Part shown: one piece after another, positions 19,145 through 28,623 of the stretch
Position numbering within the stretch: position 1 is the first letter of the stretch
Layout of the letters: each line of letters starts with the position of its first letter
Source of the DNA: Candidatus Bathyarchaeota archaeon
GTDB taxonomy: Archaea; Thermoproteota; Bathyarchaeia; Bathyarchaeales; Bathycorpusculaceae
Direction: 5' to 3'
DNA: 64,000 bases
Assembly (NCBI GenBank): GCA_963702095.1
Contig: OY969706.1
Span: 1,824,001-1,888,000 of the forward strand
Made by a program: the position numbers and the translations under genes
Notes under the pieces: generated by a model
Databases searched by the model: none
What the model was told of the DNA's origin: nothing
Seen by the model: only the letters and a program-made list of their open reading frames with translations

Positions 19145-19513
19145 CTATCTCGTTGTATAAGCGCTATTGATAGAGCCGTAAGGATTCTTGTTTTCCCTTT
19201 TCAAAGCAGCATCTTTCATTTTTTCAACGTCCTTAACTATGCTTGTTTCCGATGACAAGTCGCCTATGACGACTAAACGAGACAATAACTCAACTTTCGG
19301 ATTATTTGTTTTGTACTTAACCTCTGAAATCTTAATTTTCCTTGAGGAACTATAAAGTTCTATTATGCAATCTTTTGGACGCTGCTCAGGAACCCCCCTG
19401 ACAAGTATTAAGTAATAAGCATTTTTTCCCCTTGCAGAGAGGCTTCCGTCTGAATCAATTTTAGTCCAATTCAGCACACGTTGTAGCTCTATGCGCCGAT
19501 AAGGCGGCTTCAA
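19145..19513 (-). CDS. hypothetical protein
   Basis: 122-aa ORF translationally coupled to the upstream PRC-barrel gene (4-nt overlap). Confidence 0.55.
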   Translation of the reverse strand: MKPPYRRIELQRVLNWTKIDSDGSLSARGKNAYYLILVRGVPEQRPKDCIIELYSSSRKIKISEVKYKTNNPKVELLSRLVVIGDLSSETSIVKDVEKMKDAALKRENKNPYGSINSAYTTR

Positions 19514-19863
19514 TCAGTGCATTCCACAATTTCTTGAGAGGATTCCAGTTCTTCAACTGTTCTGGAAATTGTAACTACATGGGCAACTGCTTGAACCATA
19601 CTAACAGGTATGCATATTTTGGAACTTCTAAATCTCTTTTTCATTCCAAGACTCTCTGCTGCCTCGCCAGTGAGCTTCACATTTAAGAATTTTATTTCCC
19701 AAGAAGTGGTATCAAGTTTTGCACCTTTCACTTGTCCAATTATTTTTGCTCCTGAAGTTACTACATCTAAACCCATAATTTCTTCAAAATTTATCAAGAT
19801 TACACCCGAATCAACTAACTCGCTTCCTAAATATAATCCTTCGCTCGCCTTACTCTCTCTCAA
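19510..19863 (-). CDS. PRC-barrel domain protein
   Basis: EIMG.DVVTS.AKIIGQV....LD...W.I..L.V and IP.SMV.AV...V.I. Confidence 0.85.
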   Translation of the reverse strand: MRESKASEGLYLGSELVDSGVILINFEEIMGLDVVTSGAKIIGQVKGAKLDTTSWEIKFLNVKLTGEAAESLGMKKRFRSSKICIPVSMVQAVAHVVTISRTVEELESSQEIVECTD

Positions 19864-20800
19864 AATGAATCGGCGGAAAACCAGTCACGTTGATAGTCGC
19901 CGAAGCAATTTTAATTCTTTCAGACTTCGCAATTTCAGTTAGAATCAAACGACCTATCCTATTATGCAGTTCTCGCCGACTTCTAACATCAGTCACATAC
20001 CTAATACCAAATGTTATCCAGTTATCTGTTAAACTCAAAAATATAGAAGGCTCAAGCGAGCGTCTTGTAAAATAATATTTCCCCTCTATACGCTCCATCG
20101 TCTTTTGAGCATTGACAATTACGTCACTAGTTTCTGTTTTTACAATTTCAAGAAATTTTTTAGCAGCTTCGTTCCAATCGCTATCATAAGTTATAGGAAT
20201 GGTCATTTCATCCCAAATAAAGTCAAAATCCCTAGTATAATTCTGAATAGTTCCAGCGAGAACCACACTATTAGGAATAATTGTTAATCTACCCGTTACT
20301 TGGTCACCAGAAACCCACTTGCGAGTTTCCATAAGCGTAGTGTTAAAAATACCAATGTCGATTACGTCCCCAAATTTGTCGTCAATCTCTATTCGGTCAC
20401 CTACACGGTAAACGCCGTTAACAAAAAGAAGTATGCCGCCGATGAAGTTTTTGAATATGTCTTGAAGCGCAAAAGCTATTGCTGCACCAATGAGACCAAA
20501 TGCAATTAGAATGTTTTGAGTCTCGGTTATCCAAATTATAAGCAGGGACAAAAGAGCGGTACCAAGGCTAACGATTGAAAGGACTTTTCGGAAGGTGTAG
20601 CGAGTTTTTGAGTCTCTAAAGTGTTTGGTTGCGTATTCGTCTAAAAATATTTGAAATAAAAGGTATGCTACTGTGATTGCAATTGTTGAGTAAAGAATTT
20701 TTCCGAGGTATAAATTTGGGTATTCCAGATTGGCAGCAAAAAAGGTAAAAGTGGCGGCTATTAATACGGTTGCAGTTAATGCCTTTGACCTATTAACCAT
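19850..20800 (-). CDS. mscS: small-conductance mechanosensitive channel
   Basis: GAAIAFALQD.FKNF.GG, YRVGDRIEI, GDV.DI....T and IPNS motifs. Confidence 0.92.
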   Translation of the reverse strand: MVNRSKALTATVLIAATFTFFAANLEYPNLYLGKILYSTIAITVAYLLFQIFLDEYATKHFRDSKTRYTFRKVLSIVSLGTALLSLLIIWITETQNILIAFGLIGAAIAFALQDIFKNFIGGILLFVNGVYRVGDRIEIDDKFGDVIDIGIFNTTLMETRKWVSGDQVTGRLTIIPNSVVLAGTIQNYTRDFDFIWDEMTIPITYDSDWNEAAKKFLEIVKTETSDVIVNAQKTMERIEGKYYFTRRSLEPSIFLSLTDNWITFGIRYVTDVRSRRELHNRIGRLILTEIAKSERIKIASATINVTGFPPIHFERE

Positions 20801-20986
20801 TCTTGCTTCAAGAGTAAGAACAAGTTAGGGTATATTTAACAATATTTGTGACAGGAAAGGGCTAAGATAATGACTCTTTCCCCGAAGTGTTTCTACTTAT
20901 GCTTTCTGGGATAGTCTCAAACGTGTTGTTTGAATATAGAAAAATATTATTTAGCGAACTAGCGGATAACAACGTGAGGCTCAGAA

Positions 20987-21214
20987 ATGAACAAGAAATT
21001 ACCGCTTTTATCTCTGCTGATTACATCGATGTTTCTTTATTCTTCTATAGAACCTGCCCTTTGCAACATAACGGCTAATCCATTCCAACAGACGTCGATT
21101 GCCATTCTTGGAGGCATGGTTTTCTTTGCGGTTCTTATAGGGTGGCTAATAATAAGAACGCTTATTCGTAATAAGAAAAAGAAAGAGATCGAACCCAAGA
21201 ATGAAGCACAATAA
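20987..21214 (+). CDS. small membrane protein
   Basis: Signal-like segment CN..ANP, then a TM helix and basic tail. Confidence 0.55.
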   Translation: MNKKLPLLSLLITSMFLYSSIEPALCNITANPFQQTSIAILGGMVFFAVLIGWLIIRTLIRNKKKKEIEPKNEAQ

Positions 21215-21246
21215 ACCAATGTTTACTCGCTTGTGAATCCCCCAGT

Positions 21247-21622
21247 ATGTTTGATGCCATCGAGAGTTTTTTCGTCGCCTTCGCACTAACCTTTATCCTC
21301 GAATGGGGTGTTATCTTCTTATTCGGGCTCAGAGCGAAGTCGGATTTGCTTGCAGTCCTCGCAATAAACCTGATCACCAACCCCTTGATGAATTACTTTA
21401 TTTCAATGGCTCAGAGCCTAAAACTGGTCACTTTTGATTTTTTTTAGCGTATTGCTTCTGGAGTTAGTTGTTGTCGTTATCGAGTGGCGACTGTTAGTTG
21501 TTTTGGTACCGGCGAACCCGAAGAAACTGCTGGTTATTTCGTTGGCTATGAACATGTTCTCTTTTTGTTGCGGTTTATTCTTTTCCTTTTTCTTCAGTCC
21601 GCCCTTCATGCGGTTTTTCTAG
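21247..21622 (+). pseudogene. 4-TM membrane protein split by a frameshift in a poly-T tract
   Basis: ORFs 21247-21447 and 21434-21622 read as one family pattern (LT..LE..V, N.ITNP..N, LE..VV.IE..L, S...N..SF..G). The break lies at a T8 run near 21438-21445. Confidence 0.65.
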
Positions 21623-21827
21623 AAATGTTCTTGGAACAAGATTTTTTTCGGGGTAATATTCGGTAGCCAAAGAAGTCGATATTTCAACAATGGAATCACT
21701 TGTAACGCTTAAATGGTTGTTTTGGTGAAATTTTACCACCTGCCTGGTTATTGATTACCGTTAACGCGGCATTATAAGCCATTTTTGTATCATACGTTAG
21801 TGATAACTCAATTCGGCACATACTTGG

Positions 21828-22229
21828 TTGCTAAATGAGGTCGCCAAGTTGGAAAAGCTTTCTTTCGACGAACTATACTTCAACGCGCAGCTCATTTGGG
21901 GTCAAAAAGTCCTCGCTCAACTCATTGCTTCAGAATGCTGTTATATCATAGGCAAGGTTGAGAAACGAAACAAACCTTTCTTTAGCGGCAAAAGACCAAG
22001 CGCTCTTGTTGGCGGCTTGTTCTATCTGTTGGGTTATAGATTTGGAGTTCCAATAAATCAAAATGAGATAGCTAAAAAACTTCATACAACAGATGTCACA
22101 ATCCGATTGTCTTATAGGAAGTGGTTGAGGGAGTTTCCTGATTTATTTGTTGATGTCATTGGTACACTAGCCCAACATGAGAGCTTGAAATACTTTGTTT
22201 TGCTTGACCTCAAACATTTAGAGCATTAG
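21828..22229 (+). CDS. single TFB/TFIIB cyclin-repeat protein
   Basis: SGKRPSALVGGLFYLLG......NQNEIAKKL.TTDVTIR..YR aligns with TFB repeat 2 (GK.P..LAAA..Y...TQ.E.A......VT.R.RY). Confidence 0.75.
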   Translation: MLNEVAKLEKLSFDELYFNAQLIWGQKVLAQLIASECCYIIGKVEKRNKPFFSGKRPSALVGGLFYLLGYRFGVPINQNEIAKKLHTTDVTIRLSYRKWLREFPDLFVDVIGTLAQHESLKYFVLLDLKHLEH

Positions 22230-22233
22230 TTAG

Positions 22234-22800
22234 CTATCGAATGGTTTGAGGTGGCACTATTATCGGTTCATTTAATTGGCTTTCTATAATATCCGTATCG
22301 AACGGGGTAGGGTCTGCTTTCTCACAAATAAATTTTATATCAATGGATAGGCCGGTTACACTGTAACTTTCTAAAATGTTTTTGATGTCAGATATTGTTT
22401 CACCCACTCTATCTGCTTCGCATAAAGCAATTGCAACAACATTATGTTCTCCGAATGACCTAAAAACATACTTTACTCTGCTGTATTCCTTGAGCTTTTC
22501 TACAAGTTCATCTTGGAATTTCTGCCCAACATTTAGGGCAATACCGATGTTTTTTAGATGGAGCTTCTGATAGTTTATCGTTCCACGAGTTATGCCTATT
22601 ATTACTCCGCTTTCTTCTAATAACTTGAATCTACGGTATATTGTGTTTCGTGAAGTATTGCATTCTCTGGCGAGTTCTTGATAAGATGTTATTCCCTGAC
22701 TAAGCCGATTGAGTATCTGCTTATCGAGTTGGTCCAAATTGACCATGGATTTAAATCGTCGATGATTGTATATAAAATCTTCCTGATTCATATTCGACAA
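22234..22800 (-). CDS. Lrp/AsnC family transcriptional regulator
   Basis: LD.LD.QIL..L.....SY.ELA.....SR.TI..R...LE..GVI and a RAM-like C-terminus (FGEHNV). Confidence 0.9.
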   Translation of the reverse strand: MSNMNQEDFIYNHRRFKSMVNLDQLDKQILNRLSQGITSYQELARECNTSRNTIYRRFKLLEESGVIIGITRGTINYQKLHLKNIGIALNVGQKFQDELVEKLKEYSRVKYVFRSFGEHNVVAIALCEADRVGETISDIKNILESYSVTGLSIDIKFICEKADPTPFDTDIIESQLNEPIIVPPQTIR

Positions 22801-24059
22801 CTTTTCGAGATCTGCTTATCATATATTAAGATTCATGTTGATCTACGCAACAAGTTTAACTAATTCTGACTCATCATTCCATTTTTAACACAATCTTAAC
22901 CTAAACGGGGATAATATTTAAAAAAAAAGTGGTTCCTTGCAAAGGGGCGGGCAAGTGCATAAGCATAGTCGTGTCCGCTTGCGAAGTGTCTTACTCTATA
23001 CCCTCTATTGTGGGGGTGAAAAGCGATTTTTTCACCAGTTTTGGAGGTCTCTTGAGTTTTCTTTAGCGTCTTTGCTCATTAGACGATTCATAGAAACATA
23101 ATGGATTTTAGGCAAACAGCTAACAACGAAAAGCTTGGCACAGTGCATTGACGATAGATTTTAGATGCACTTATTGGCCCGCAACTCGACAACTAAGTCA
23201 TAAACGATTAGAAAATAGCTGATTATTGTTATTTCTCAGATTTAACTTTTAAGAGAGCCTTCGGTTTTGGAATTTGCATTCCCCAGCTTTTCTCGAGTGC
23301 ATGTTTGCATTGTTCTGCAAAGTTATTTTCGTCGTAACTCCTTTCTGTTATCAATTCAATCACCTAAAGCATAGTATTTTTATTTGGCTAAGATCAGATA
23401 GCCTACATAGCCCATGACACAAAAGACTATACCTGTACCAATCAATCCCAATACTGCTTTAGCTGTATCACACATTTTCCATTTCACCTTTATCTGTAGC
23501 AAACCAAGACCTTGAAAGATGATATAAGCAAAGTTTCTGAAAAAACAACATATCAATCCAACAGAATATATCGAAAAGGGAAGCTGAACACGTTTTCAGC
23601 GGAATATACTTGTACAGAGTAGAAATAACAGAAGGGACGCTGAAAATGATGTTACAGCTAATTCTGCCTTAATTGAATCGGTTAGACGCATAGTTTTTGC
23701 CTCTCTTGCAAAAATGGCTTTTTAAGAATATAAGTAACGTTTCAACTCCAAGATTATGTCAATTTAAAAATGTTTCAAGTATTTCGCATACAACCTATGG
23801 GCTATAGGTTTGCCCTTAAGCGAGGGATGCATGCTACACGGGCTTTTTTGTTGGGTATCAAGGGGTGTGTTTGATGGTATGCCGCAATCAGCCGCAACCT
23901 GTTGGGTCCCTTATGACGAAAAGCTGTTTGTTTTTAAAAAAAGTACGGATTGATTATTAATCATGGAAAACCGGGGCCATAATCTGCTCCTTGAAAAAAA
24001 TTCCTGTTAGGAGGACTGTATTGCGGGGATATTAGAGGCACAACTGCAGAGGTAACCCA

Positions 24060-24238
24060 ACATGCTTCCACATGCACACTATGTCGGTTTCAACATAGAG
24101 GCATGTATGGCATGTGGAGAAAAACCCCTATCCCACACCGAAACAGACGCAGAAAACCAATGCAATCCCAAAAAACAATCGCATTCAATTGCAGTCTTGT
24201 AACACCCCATAAAACACCACACCACATAAAGAGAAAAA
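24060..24238 (+). repeat. dispersed repeat family 1, full-length copy
   Basis: Near-identical to the copy at 12119-12295. Confidence 0.95.
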
Positions 24239-24288
24239 GCTGGACAAATAGGCATTAAAAAAAGAAAAAAAAGAGAAAGCGGCTGATT

Positions 24289-24960
24289 TTAAACGGAGGT
24301 TGGTGGCGGTGCAGGTGAATATGCGGTTGCTGGTGGCTGGGTTGCGGTTGGCTCAGTGGGTTTAAGCTGGAAGAAAGCGATTGCTAAAAGCAGGAAACCT
24401 ATCCAGATCAGGAGATACCCGATCGCGATGACTGCTAAGAATCCGCCGATGAGTATAAGTAATCCAGCGGTTCCGAATAGGCCAGTAGTTGATTTGTTAG
24501 CGACTGTTACTAGAGAGCGCCGTAGGAAGAAAGTTGAAATTATAGCTATAATCCATGCTCCTACCCAGAGAGTTGCGAGGGCACCAATGATTGGTAACCA
24601 ATCAGAGATGTTCACGTTGTTGAAAGCGTTGGGGTCAGGGGTCATTCCTTGTAGAGTGCTCCAGTTGCCATCCCAACCTGGATATATTTGATGAAGTATT
24701 GTGGAAGCATTTGCAAAAAGAACAGTAAATGCCAAGACCGCTACGATGATTGTGCCCACAATTAAAACAATAACTGCGATGAGTGCATTGTTAAGAATTC
24801 CGCGTTCCCTAAGATAGCCGCTTAAGCCGTATAAGCCTACTAAAACAAGAATTGCGCCGACGAGGTCTATAATGCCGAAGTAGTTGATTACGGGGAAGAC
24901 TCCTATGAAAAGCAAGATTGCGCCTATGCCACCCAATGTTTTACTTGATTCAAGATTCAT
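24289..24960 (-). CDS. DUF996 family membrane protein
   Basis: KTLGGIGAIL, ILVLVGL..LS and LF.TAGLL..IG..L..I.IG......G..L..IAFF.L patterns. Confidence 0.85.
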   Translation of the reverse strand: MNLESSKTLGGIGAILLFIGVFPVINYFGIIDLVGAILVLVGLYGLSGYLRERGILNNALIAVIVLIVGTIIVAVLAFTVLFANASTILHQIYPGWDGNWSTLQGMTPDPNAFNNVNISDWLPIIGALATLWVGAWIIAIISTFFLRRSLVTVANKSTTGLFGTAGLLILIGGFLAVIAIGYLLIWIGFLLLAIAFFQLKPTEPTATQPPATAYSPAPPPTSV

Positions 24961-25064
24961 TTGTTTTCCTCTAATTTTTGGAAGAAGAACTAAGAATAAA
25001 AGCTTTTTCTTAGCTTATGAGCGCTTGGGGCAAAATCAACATAACACCAACCAAAAAACCCAAA

Positions 25065-25397
25065 TTAGGAGGTTTCGGCTTCGCCGCTTTCAAGTTGACC
25101 CTGGAGGATACGGTAGTAGGTTTGCAGATAGGTTTTGCCATCGGCAGTTATCGTGTACACTTTGCGGGCGCGTCCGTCTTTTTGCTGTTTCTTGCTCTCC
25201 ACAAACCCCTTCTCCTCAAGCATATTTAGGGTAGGGTAGAGGGCGCCGTGGCGCAGTTTGATGTTGAAGTCGGTTTCAACCTGCTTTTTTATCTTGTAAC
25301 CCCATGTGGGTTGAGCTTGGATGATGCGGAGCAATTGGATATCGAGTAGATTTCTGACTATGTGTTGTACAATTTCTTTTTTGTAGTTTTCAGACAT
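25065..25397 (-). CDS. PadR family transcriptional regulator
   Basis: WGY.I, GALYP.L..LE..G.V, RK.Y.IT..G. Confidence 0.92.
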   Translation of the reverse strand: MSENYKKEIVQHIVRNLLDIQLLRIIQAQPTWGYKIKKQVETDFNIKLRHGALYPTLNMLEEKGFVESKKQQKDGRARKVYTITADGKTYLQTYYRILQGQLESGEAETS

Positions 25398-25558
25398 GCA
25401 TTGTTACCTTGAGGGGGTTGTTAATGTATGGTTTGATGTTTGGATTTATTTAGCTTTATGTTAACTCTTGAGGTTGGTGGTATGCCGAATTATGTTTTGG
25501 TATGCTTGGGTTATGTATCAAGCTTTATATTCGCGTGTATTGTTACTCTGTAATTAAG

Positions 25559-25589
25559 ATATGTCCGAAGAAGGACATATTGTATACAA
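25559..25589. promoter_or_regulatory. candidate PadR operator (perfect inverted repeat)
   Basis: ATATGTCC-GAAGAA-GGACATAT, immediately followed by the palindrome TTGTATACAA, between divergent padR genes. Confidence 0.55.
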
Positions 25590-25637
25590 GTCGAACAGAA
25601 GAACTGTTCAACAAAAATACAAACGGGGAAGAAAAAA

Positions 25638-26042
25638 ATGTTCAAACCAAGCTCACAAAAAGAGGTCTCAACCAAACTCATGAAAGGACTACTCGACATG
25701 ATTATCCTACAATTCCTCAGCAGCGAACCCATGCACGGATATCAAATCATCACCAAAATCCGTAAAAACTTCGGCGTATACTTCGGACCAAGCACCATCT
25801 ACCCGCTCCTTGGTACACTAGAAAAGAAAGGCTTTGTCGCCAGCACATGGAACATGAACTTCGAGCGCCCAAGAAAAGTTTACAGTCTAACCAAAGACGG
25901 CCAAAGCATGCTTAACTTCACTGGAGAATCACTCAACCTTATTTGCCGAAAAATCACCATCGTAAACCCGGAATCAACCTCACCGACCGTAGGCATCATA
26001 ACATCAAAAAACAGAAACGACCTAACCCTCATCGTACCCTAA
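25638..26042 (+). CDS. PadR family transcriptional regulator
   Basis: KG.LD..IL..L...PMHGY.I, TIYP.L..LE..G.V, RPRK.Y.LT..G. Confidence 0.93.
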   Translation: MFKPSSQKEVSTKLMKGLLDMIILQFLSSEPMHGYQIITKIRKNFGVYFGPSTIYPLLGTLEKKGFVASTWNMNFERPRKVYSLTKDGQSMLNFTGESLNLICRKITIVNPESTSPTVGIITSKNRNDLTLIVP

Positions 26043-26218
26043 AGCGGCAAGCCTTTTTTTGAAGCTTGTCAATTTTCTGATTCATAAGGAGCATCAATCT
26101 TACAAGATCTATGCAAGCTCTAAACGGCACCTTCTATATTTTTAGGCATTTATCAGCGTTTTAAAAATCAGTTCTTAAATATGGCACTCATCATCTTTAT
26201 TGGCACTAGGTTGAAGCA

Positions 26219-27934
26219 TTGAAACAGCAAAACAGCGGCGATAATCGCGATTTAACGGAGCAAATTCTCGATTTTTCTACACATATCGCTGGGCAAGCCA
26301 AAATAGCGGCGGTTGCCTTGGTTGACAGTTATGCTGTTAAACCCTCAGATGAGCGGGCAATCCACGCCGTCATGGTTATTATCCATGATTTTCAACCCAG
26401 ACTGATGAGTTACCTAAAACGCGTAAGAAACAAAACCTTGTTCGTTTTCGCCGTTGACCAATGGGTTTTTGAGCGGGACGTTGACCGGGGATTGCTGGGT
26501 GATGCCATCGCGAGCAAACTCGTTTTTCCCTACATTGCGCTCAAAGGTGACGCTTATTTGCGTGAGGAAGAAGTTGCGTTAAAGAAGCGTCTGGTTTCTG
26601 AGTTACTTGAGAACTTAGTTATAAACTTCCCAGAGTTGGCGTCAAGCATTCAAATTCTGCCACAATACTTCATGTACGAGGTATTCTCTAACCGCGTCCG
26701 AGTTTTTCCGTTGTTGGCTTATGATTTGATCGAGTTAAACGGCAGTTTGGCGCAGAAAGAAAGCCAATCCCTTGCCAGCTACAAAATCGCTCTCCAGCAG
26801 CTTGAAGCCGAAGAAAAAGTGAGAATGAAAGACGAATATGTTGTCGTCACCAAGAAGTTTATAGCAAAGTGCCAAAATCCTAGACTGCGATTCATCAACC
26901 TCTCGAAAAATGCGCCCAGAACCCTTTTTACCTCGCTTTTTGGTGTCATCCCTCAACTGATGAACATTGTCTCCCAAAACGCGGAGGAGTTTTTGCGGAC
27001 TCAGAAAATAAATTGGGTTACGTTCCCAAATCATGCGGTTAACTTTATTGACCCGCAGAAGTACGTATTTTTCCCAACTTCGGAAGGGCTGGTTTCACTG
27101 TCGGACAAAATAGACATCAAAGGGTACACGCAGAGGATGCTGCTTAAAGGAGAAAACGTCGACGTGGATGTTGAACCCATCGGCGGTGTATTAAACGACG
27201 TGTACTTAATCAACGCTTACGGAGCTAACAGCGATACGAAGGTTTTGGTTAAACGCTTTAAAGATTGGTCTGGGTTTAAGTGGTTTCCCCTTACGCTTTG
27301 GTCGTTTGGGGCACGTTCCTTTGCAGTTGCGGGGCAGGCACGGCTGGCTAAGGAGATTGCGGCAAGCGAGTTTCTACGAAGCCAAGGATTCAATGTGCCA
27401 AAGATTTTGCATGTGAGTAACGCGGAACGCATAGTTTTCATGGAGTACATCGAAGGAGAAGGCTTAAACCAAGCTATCAAACGTTATTCGACCGCTTTGA
27501 ACGGAGAAGTTGCTTCTGGCGTCTTGGGAGCGGTTGAAGGATTCGGGGAAATCCTAGCGCGTGTCCACGGGTACAATGTCGCTCTGGGAGACACAAAACC
27601 TGATAATGTGCTCGTAAAACCTGATGGCACCCTCTACCTTATCGATTTTGAGCAGGCACTTCGGGGCGGCGACAAAGCATGGGACATAGCGGTTTTCCTC
27701 TATTACTGTGGACATTACCTGCAACCGTTTGAAAGCACCGTCAAAGCCGAATCCATCGCTGTTGCATTCATTGAGGGGTACCTGAGGGCAGGAGGAACCT
27801 TGGAGAACATTCACAAGGCTGCTTTGCCCAAGTACACGCGGGTGTTTAGCATTTTTACTATGCCTCCAGTTATGAGTGCAATTTCTAACGCATGCCGAAA
27901 AGCAGAATTACCCTATGTAGACCCTAAGGTCTAG
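26219..27934 (+). CDS. degenerate nucleotidyltransferase-like domain fused to a Bud32/Kdo/APH-like kinase
   Basis: C-terminal VLVKRF, FNVPKIL, MEYIEG, LGDTKPDN and IDFEQ kinase motifs; the N-terminal region has an MNT-like layout. Confidence 0.8.
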   Translation: MKQQNSGDNRDLTEQILDFSTHIAGQAKIAAVALVDSYAVKPSDERAIHAVMVIIHDFQPRLMSYLKRVRNKTLFVFAVDQWVFERDVDRGLLGDAIASKLVFPYIALKGDAYLREEEVALKKRLVSELLENLVINFPELASSIQILPQYFMYEVFSNRVRVFPLLAYDLIELNGSLAQKESQSLASYKIALQQLEAEEKVRMKDEYVVVTKKFIAKCQNPRLRFINLSKNAPRTLFTSLFGVIPQLMNIVSQNAEEFLRTQKINWVTFPNHAVNFIDPQKYVFFPTSEGLVSLSDKIDIKGYTQRMLLKGENVDVDVEPIGGVLNDVYLINAYGANSDTKVLVKRFKDWSGFKWFPLTLWSFGARSFAVAGQARLAKEIAASEFLRSQGFNVPKILHVSNAERIVFMEYIEGEGLNQAIKRYSTALNGEVASGVLGAVEGFGEILARVHGYNVALGDTKPDNVLVKPDGTLYLIDFEQALRGGDKAWDIAVFLYYCGHYLQPFESTVKAESIAVAFIEGYLRAGGTLENIHKAALPKYTRVFSIFTMPPVMSAISNACRKAELPYVDPKV

Positions 27935-28069
27935 TTTTTGCTGTTGATTTGTTGCTATTTGTTTGTGTTAGATTTTTTGCCTGCTTTTTTAGTAAGTTCA
28001 AGTACAACTTAATGCCTCTGCTTTTTCACAGTTCTGTTTTTATTTAGTTGTTGCCTAAGGCTCCGCGCC

Positions 28070-28222
28070 TTTTTTATTTTGTTTTTCTAGTGTTAGATGA
28101 AGGAGAAACGCTCCTTACTCTTCTTCTTCCTGTGGACTTTGTGAGCGATTGCGTTTTTGTGTCTGCGTCTGGGTTGGGTTGCAGGCTGGTTGTGAACAAA
28201 TCCTCAAGCAGAATTCGGTTGC
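28070..28222 (-). repeat. dispersed repeat family 2, full-length copy
   Basis: Shares the exact 18-mer CCACAGGAAGAAGAAGAG and 19-mer CCTTCATCTAACACTAGAA with 49881-49991. Confidence 0.85.
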
Positions 28223-28274
28223 TAGTAGAGATAAGCTCCAAAGATTTTTTACCTAAAAAAGCATCTTATAATAT

Positions 28275-28547
28275 GTGGATTTTATGACCCAATTCTACTA
28301 CAAAGGCCTCTACAAAGTCAAAGTCGTAACCGAAAGCGAAGGCTACTGGATAGTGGAAGCCCAAGAACAATTTGAAGATGTTGAGGACGACAAAAAAGTC
28401 ACAGTTAAAACTGGCGAGCAACGCATCGTGCAACCCAGTGAACTGCACAAGAAAAAAGTGCTTGCCCCACCTGTTCCAGAGCACGTGTATGAGCGTAAGC
28501 TCGAGAAAAAGGTCAAACACATTGTAGAAGAAGCAGAAAAGAAATAA
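28275..28547 (+). CDS. hypothetical protein (small beta-rich domain)
   Basis: 90-aa ORF with normal protein-like composition. Confidence 0.7.
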   Translation: MDFMTQFYYKGLYKVKVVTESEGYWIVEAQEQFEDVEDDKKVTVKTGEQRIVQPSELHKKKVLAPPVPEHVYERKLEKKVKHIVEEAEKK

Positions 28548-28623
28548 GCGTTCTGTGCCCAGTGGTTGTTGCTACCCGCATGTAACCACATAGACCTTAA
28601 AGAGCCTTCAACAACTGTTTGGG

